DNA of 10,552 bases. It comes from Calditrichia bacterium. Its GTDB lineage: Bacteria > Calditrichota > Calditrichia > RBG-13-44-9. The notes below the pieces were generated by a model. The model was not told the DNA's origin. It searched no databases and was given only the letters and a program-made list of their open reading frames with translations. Numbering within the stretch: position 1 is the stretch's first letter; every line of letters starts with the position of its first letter. Both the position numbers and the translations under genes were made by a program. The stretch covers positions 1 through 10,552 of the forward strand of contig JARRQT010000181.1 of assembly GCA_037381445.1 (NCBI GenBank), given 5' to 3'. Positions 7,394-10,552 of the stretch are shown here, in pieces.

Positions 7394-10300
7394 AACGCAG
7401 TAGGCCACCAGACGGCGTTCGCCGCTTCCCCCTGAATAGACGGTGACCGCCGCCTCGGCGAGTCCCGGATATTGCGTCAGCACGCTCTCAATTTCCCCGG
7501 GCTCAATACGGTATCCCCGGATCTTGACCTGACCATCTAGGCGGCCCAGAAATTCCAGGTTCCCATCCCTGAGGCACCGCACCAGATCGCCGGAGTGGTA
7601 GAGCCGGGCCCCCGGCGTCTCTGTGAAGGGATCGGGAACGAATTTTTCGGCGGTCAGGTCCGGGCGATTTAAATACCCCCGGGCTACCCCTGCCCCCCCA
7701 ATATACAGTTCTCCCGCCACGCCGGCCGGCACCGGATGAAGCCTGCTGTCCAGAACATATATACTGGCCCCGGGGATCACCCGCCCAATGGGAACCGATC
7801 CCTGCCCCTTCCAGCGGGACGCTTCGTATACCACACAACCCACCACCGTTTCCGTGGGACCATACTCATTGAACAGCAGGGTATCCGGAGCGTGCCGGTG
7901 CCAGAATTCTATCTGACGGGAAGTGAGGTTCTCCCCCCCGATGACCAGGGCCCGGGTTAAGCTGGGGGCAGTCCCGGGCGACAACTGCTGGGAGAGAATC
8001 TCCAGATGGGCCGGAGTAATCTTTATCAGGCTGAAATCCCCATGGCTTTCCAGCGCCGCTCCCAGCGCCTCAATGTCGGAACTCTCCGGCAGGAGAAGCA
8101 GCGGCTTCCCAGCCAGGAGGGCGGGAAAGATGGCCGTCACTGTGGCATCAAAGGCGATGGTGGAATGAACGATCGATCCCCGACCCTCCCCCAGCGGATA
8201 GGCATGCAGACACCAGCTCAGGTAATTGCGCAACCCCCCGTGGGTGATGAGGGTCCCCTTGGGTTTCCCGGTGGAGCCCGAGGTATAGATCACATAGGCC
8301 AGGTTGAAAGCTTCCAATGAAATATGCGGATTCTCATGACTCTCCCTCTCGATTTCCGCCCAGTCGGTATCCAGGCAGAAAACCCGCTGCCCATCGATGG
8401 GCAGCTTTTCCCTCAGTCGCTGCCGGGTCAGCAGCACCCCGACTTTTGAATCACTGAGGAGGAAGGAGAGCCGTTCGGGCGGATAATTGGGGTCCAGCGG
8501 GAGATAGGCGCCGCCGGCTTTCAACACCCCCAGGAGGGCCACCAGCAGTTCAAAGGAGCGCTCCAGGCTGACCCCCACCAGCACATCGGGACCGACCCCC
8601 TGCCTGCTCAGAAAATGGGCCAGTTGATTGGCCTTCTTGTTGAGGTCAGCGAAGCTCCACTGTTCCTCTCCCAAGGCGGCCGCCACATGAGCGGCGCTGG
8701 ACTGGCACCTCTTCTCAAAATATTGATGAACAAAACCGTCAATCTGCTCTATCTCTTCACTTCGGTTGTATTCAGATATTAATCTCTCCGTTTCGTCGGC
8801 AGTCATGAGCGGCACATCGGAGAGCCGGCGATCCGGATTTTCGATCACTCTCTTCAGGAGCTGCTGGAAATGCCCGACCATCCTCTCGATGGTATCCCCC
8901 TCAAAAAGATCGGTGTTATACTCGAGGGCCCCTCCCAGCGTTTCTCCCTCTCCAAACATGAATAGGGTCAGGTCAAATTTGGCGGTCCCGCTGTGGGCTT
9001 CCAGCGGACTGAGGGTCAGCCCCGAGGGAAGCTCCTGGCTGCGAACCGGGGTGTTCTGCAGGGCAAACATCACCTGGAAAAGCGGGGAGTGGCTGAGGTT
9101 TCTTTCCGGCTGCACTGCATCCACAATCATCTCAAAGGGCAGGTCCTGGTGGGCATAGGCGCCCAGGGCCGTTTCGTTGACCCGCCGCACCAGGTCCCGG
9201 AAGCTAGGTTCATCGCTGAAACGGGTCCTCAGCACCAGCGTGTTGACAAAGAAACCAATCAGTCCCTCGATCTCCTCCCGGTTGCGGTTGGCGATGGGGA
9301 TGCCCACACTGATATCATCCTGCCCGCTGTATTTGGCCAGCAGGGTCTGGAAGGCGGCCAGCAGGGTCATGAACAGGGTCACGCCGCTCTCCCGGTTGAA
9401 ATCGTGGATGGAACGCGCCAGCTCCGGAGAGATCTCAAATGTCTGATAGCTGCCGTTAAAGGTCTGCACGGCCGGCCGCGGCCGGTCGGTGGGCAGGGTA
9501 AGAAGCGGCGGCAGTCCCGCCAGTTGTTTCTTCCAGTAACCCAGCTGGGCCTGCAGAACCTCGCCCTGCAGCCACTGGCGCTGCCAGTAGGCGAAATCCG
9601 CATATTGAATGGGCAATTCGGGCAGCGGCGAGGGTCTTCCCTGGCAAAAGGCGTTGTAAATCGCGGCGATCTCCTGCACGAACACTTTGCTGGACCAGTC
9701 ATCGGATATGATATGGTGAATGGTCACCACAATGACATGCTCATCCTCGTCCAGTTTAAGCAGCGAGGCCCGAAACAGGGGGGCTTTGGACAGAGCAATG
9801 GGCCGGCGGGTTTCTTTCACCACAAACTGCAGGGCCGCCGCTTCCCTCTCCGCCGGCGGAAGATGGCTGAGATCGACCAGGGGAAGTGTTATTTTTATTT
9901 CCGGGGAGATGGTCTGAAGGGGGGAACCCTGCTCAGTCACAAAGGCGGTGCGCAGGGTCTCGTGGCGCCGCACTACTTCATTGAAGCCGGCTTCCAGGGC
10001 CCCAATATTCAGCTCTCCGCTCAGCCGATAGGACTCCGGAATATTGTAGAAGGGGCTATCCGGCTCCAGTTGATCCAGGAACCAGAGGCGCTGCTGGGCA
10101 AAGGAGAGCGGCAGCGCCTCCCGGCGGGAAACCGGTTTGATGGGAGGCGCTTCCAGCCCCGCCGCCTTCAGCTGCGCCTTCTCCACCACCTGGGCCAGAC
10201 CGGCCACGGTCGGATTTTCAAACACGCTGCGCAGCGGCACTTCAGTCTGAAAGGCCCTTTTCACCCGTGATATGAGCTGCGTGGCCAAAAGGGAATGGCC

Positions 10301-10552
10301 CCCCAGTTCAAAGAAATTGCTGCTGACGCCCACCTTCTCCAGATGCAGGACTTCCGCCCAAATCCCCGCAAGTACCTCTTCAGTATGGGTTCGGGGCGCC
10401 ACATACGCCTGCTCTATTTGTTTCAGCAACTGCTCCTGATCCGGGGCCGGCAGCGCCCGGCGATCTACCTTCCCGTTGGGCGTCAGGGGAAGTTTCTCCA
10501 GAAATACAAAAGTGGATGGTACCATGTAATCCGGCAGATCCTTCAGCAAAAA
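7391..10552 (-). CDS. NRPS, 5'-truncated: end of A, T, C(LCL), A (predicted Asn); NRPS-like reading ends at 7391
   Basis: The frame is open to the window edge (TTT TTG CTG AAG GAT CTG CCG GAT TAC ATG). T: GGHSL (Ser codon 10292-10294). LCL-type C: LSFAQQRLWFL, HHIISDDWS, IANR...LIGFFVNTLVLR. A: YTSGSTGKPKG, NEYGPTE, LYHSGDL, QVKIRGYRIEPGEIE, LVAY. The 104 residues from 7390 to the stop at 7076 are out-of-frame readthrough. Confidence 0.93.
10441..10525. repeat. Inter-module direct repeat of the A10 region (copy 2)
   Basis: 70/85 nt identical to 7305-7389 by manual count. Confidence 0.85.

Noticed and set aside
7380..7410. Programmed ribosomal frameshift joining the two NRPS ORFs
   Set aside because: No slippery heptamer or homopolymer at the junction, and a shift would not restore the roughly 22 missing residues.
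1457..9917. Other short ORFs (60-161 aa) on both strands in the ORF track
   Set aside because: All overlap well-supported NRPS or MFS genes and show no recognisable domains.
8993..10270. 425-aa plus-strand ORF
   Set aside because: It lies antisense to the NRPS T-C region in GC-rich DNA with no recognisable motifs; a typical shadow ORF of a codon-biased gene.
10547..10549. TTG start for the upstream NRPS
   Set aside because: It is mid-A-domain and the frame stays open to the window edge; the gene starts further upstream.
1..10552. CRISPR arrays, tRNA/rRNA, IS elements, or assignment to a named NRPS product or taxon
   Set aside because: The window is almost entirely NRPS, MFS and MbtH coding sequence with no spaced repeats or transposase motifs; a name or taxon cannot be supported without database searches.

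Overview
The window holds the 3' end of a nonribosomal peptide synthetase (NRPS) gene cluster, entirely on the minus strand and open at both edges. In order of transcription: a 5'-truncated NRPS segment (end of A, T, LCL-type C, A predicted for Asn); a segment with end of A, T, E and a COM donor; a terminal NRPS (DCL-type C, A, T, TE); an MFS exporter; and an MbtH-like protein missing from the ORF track. The two upstream ORFs look like one gene broken at 7390 by an out-of-frame loss of about 65 nt in the A subdomain, either a real deletion or a misassembly. GC content and codon usage step down near 7190, close to the T-domain core motif, suggesting a mosaic assembly line. The LCL C domain has a non-canonical HHxxxDD motif and the terminal A domain has a pocket code I cannot assign. 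I do not recognise the product or organism. I see no RNA genes, mobile elements or CRISPR arrays, and no evidence for a new class of system; any novelty is most likely in the peptide and its module history.
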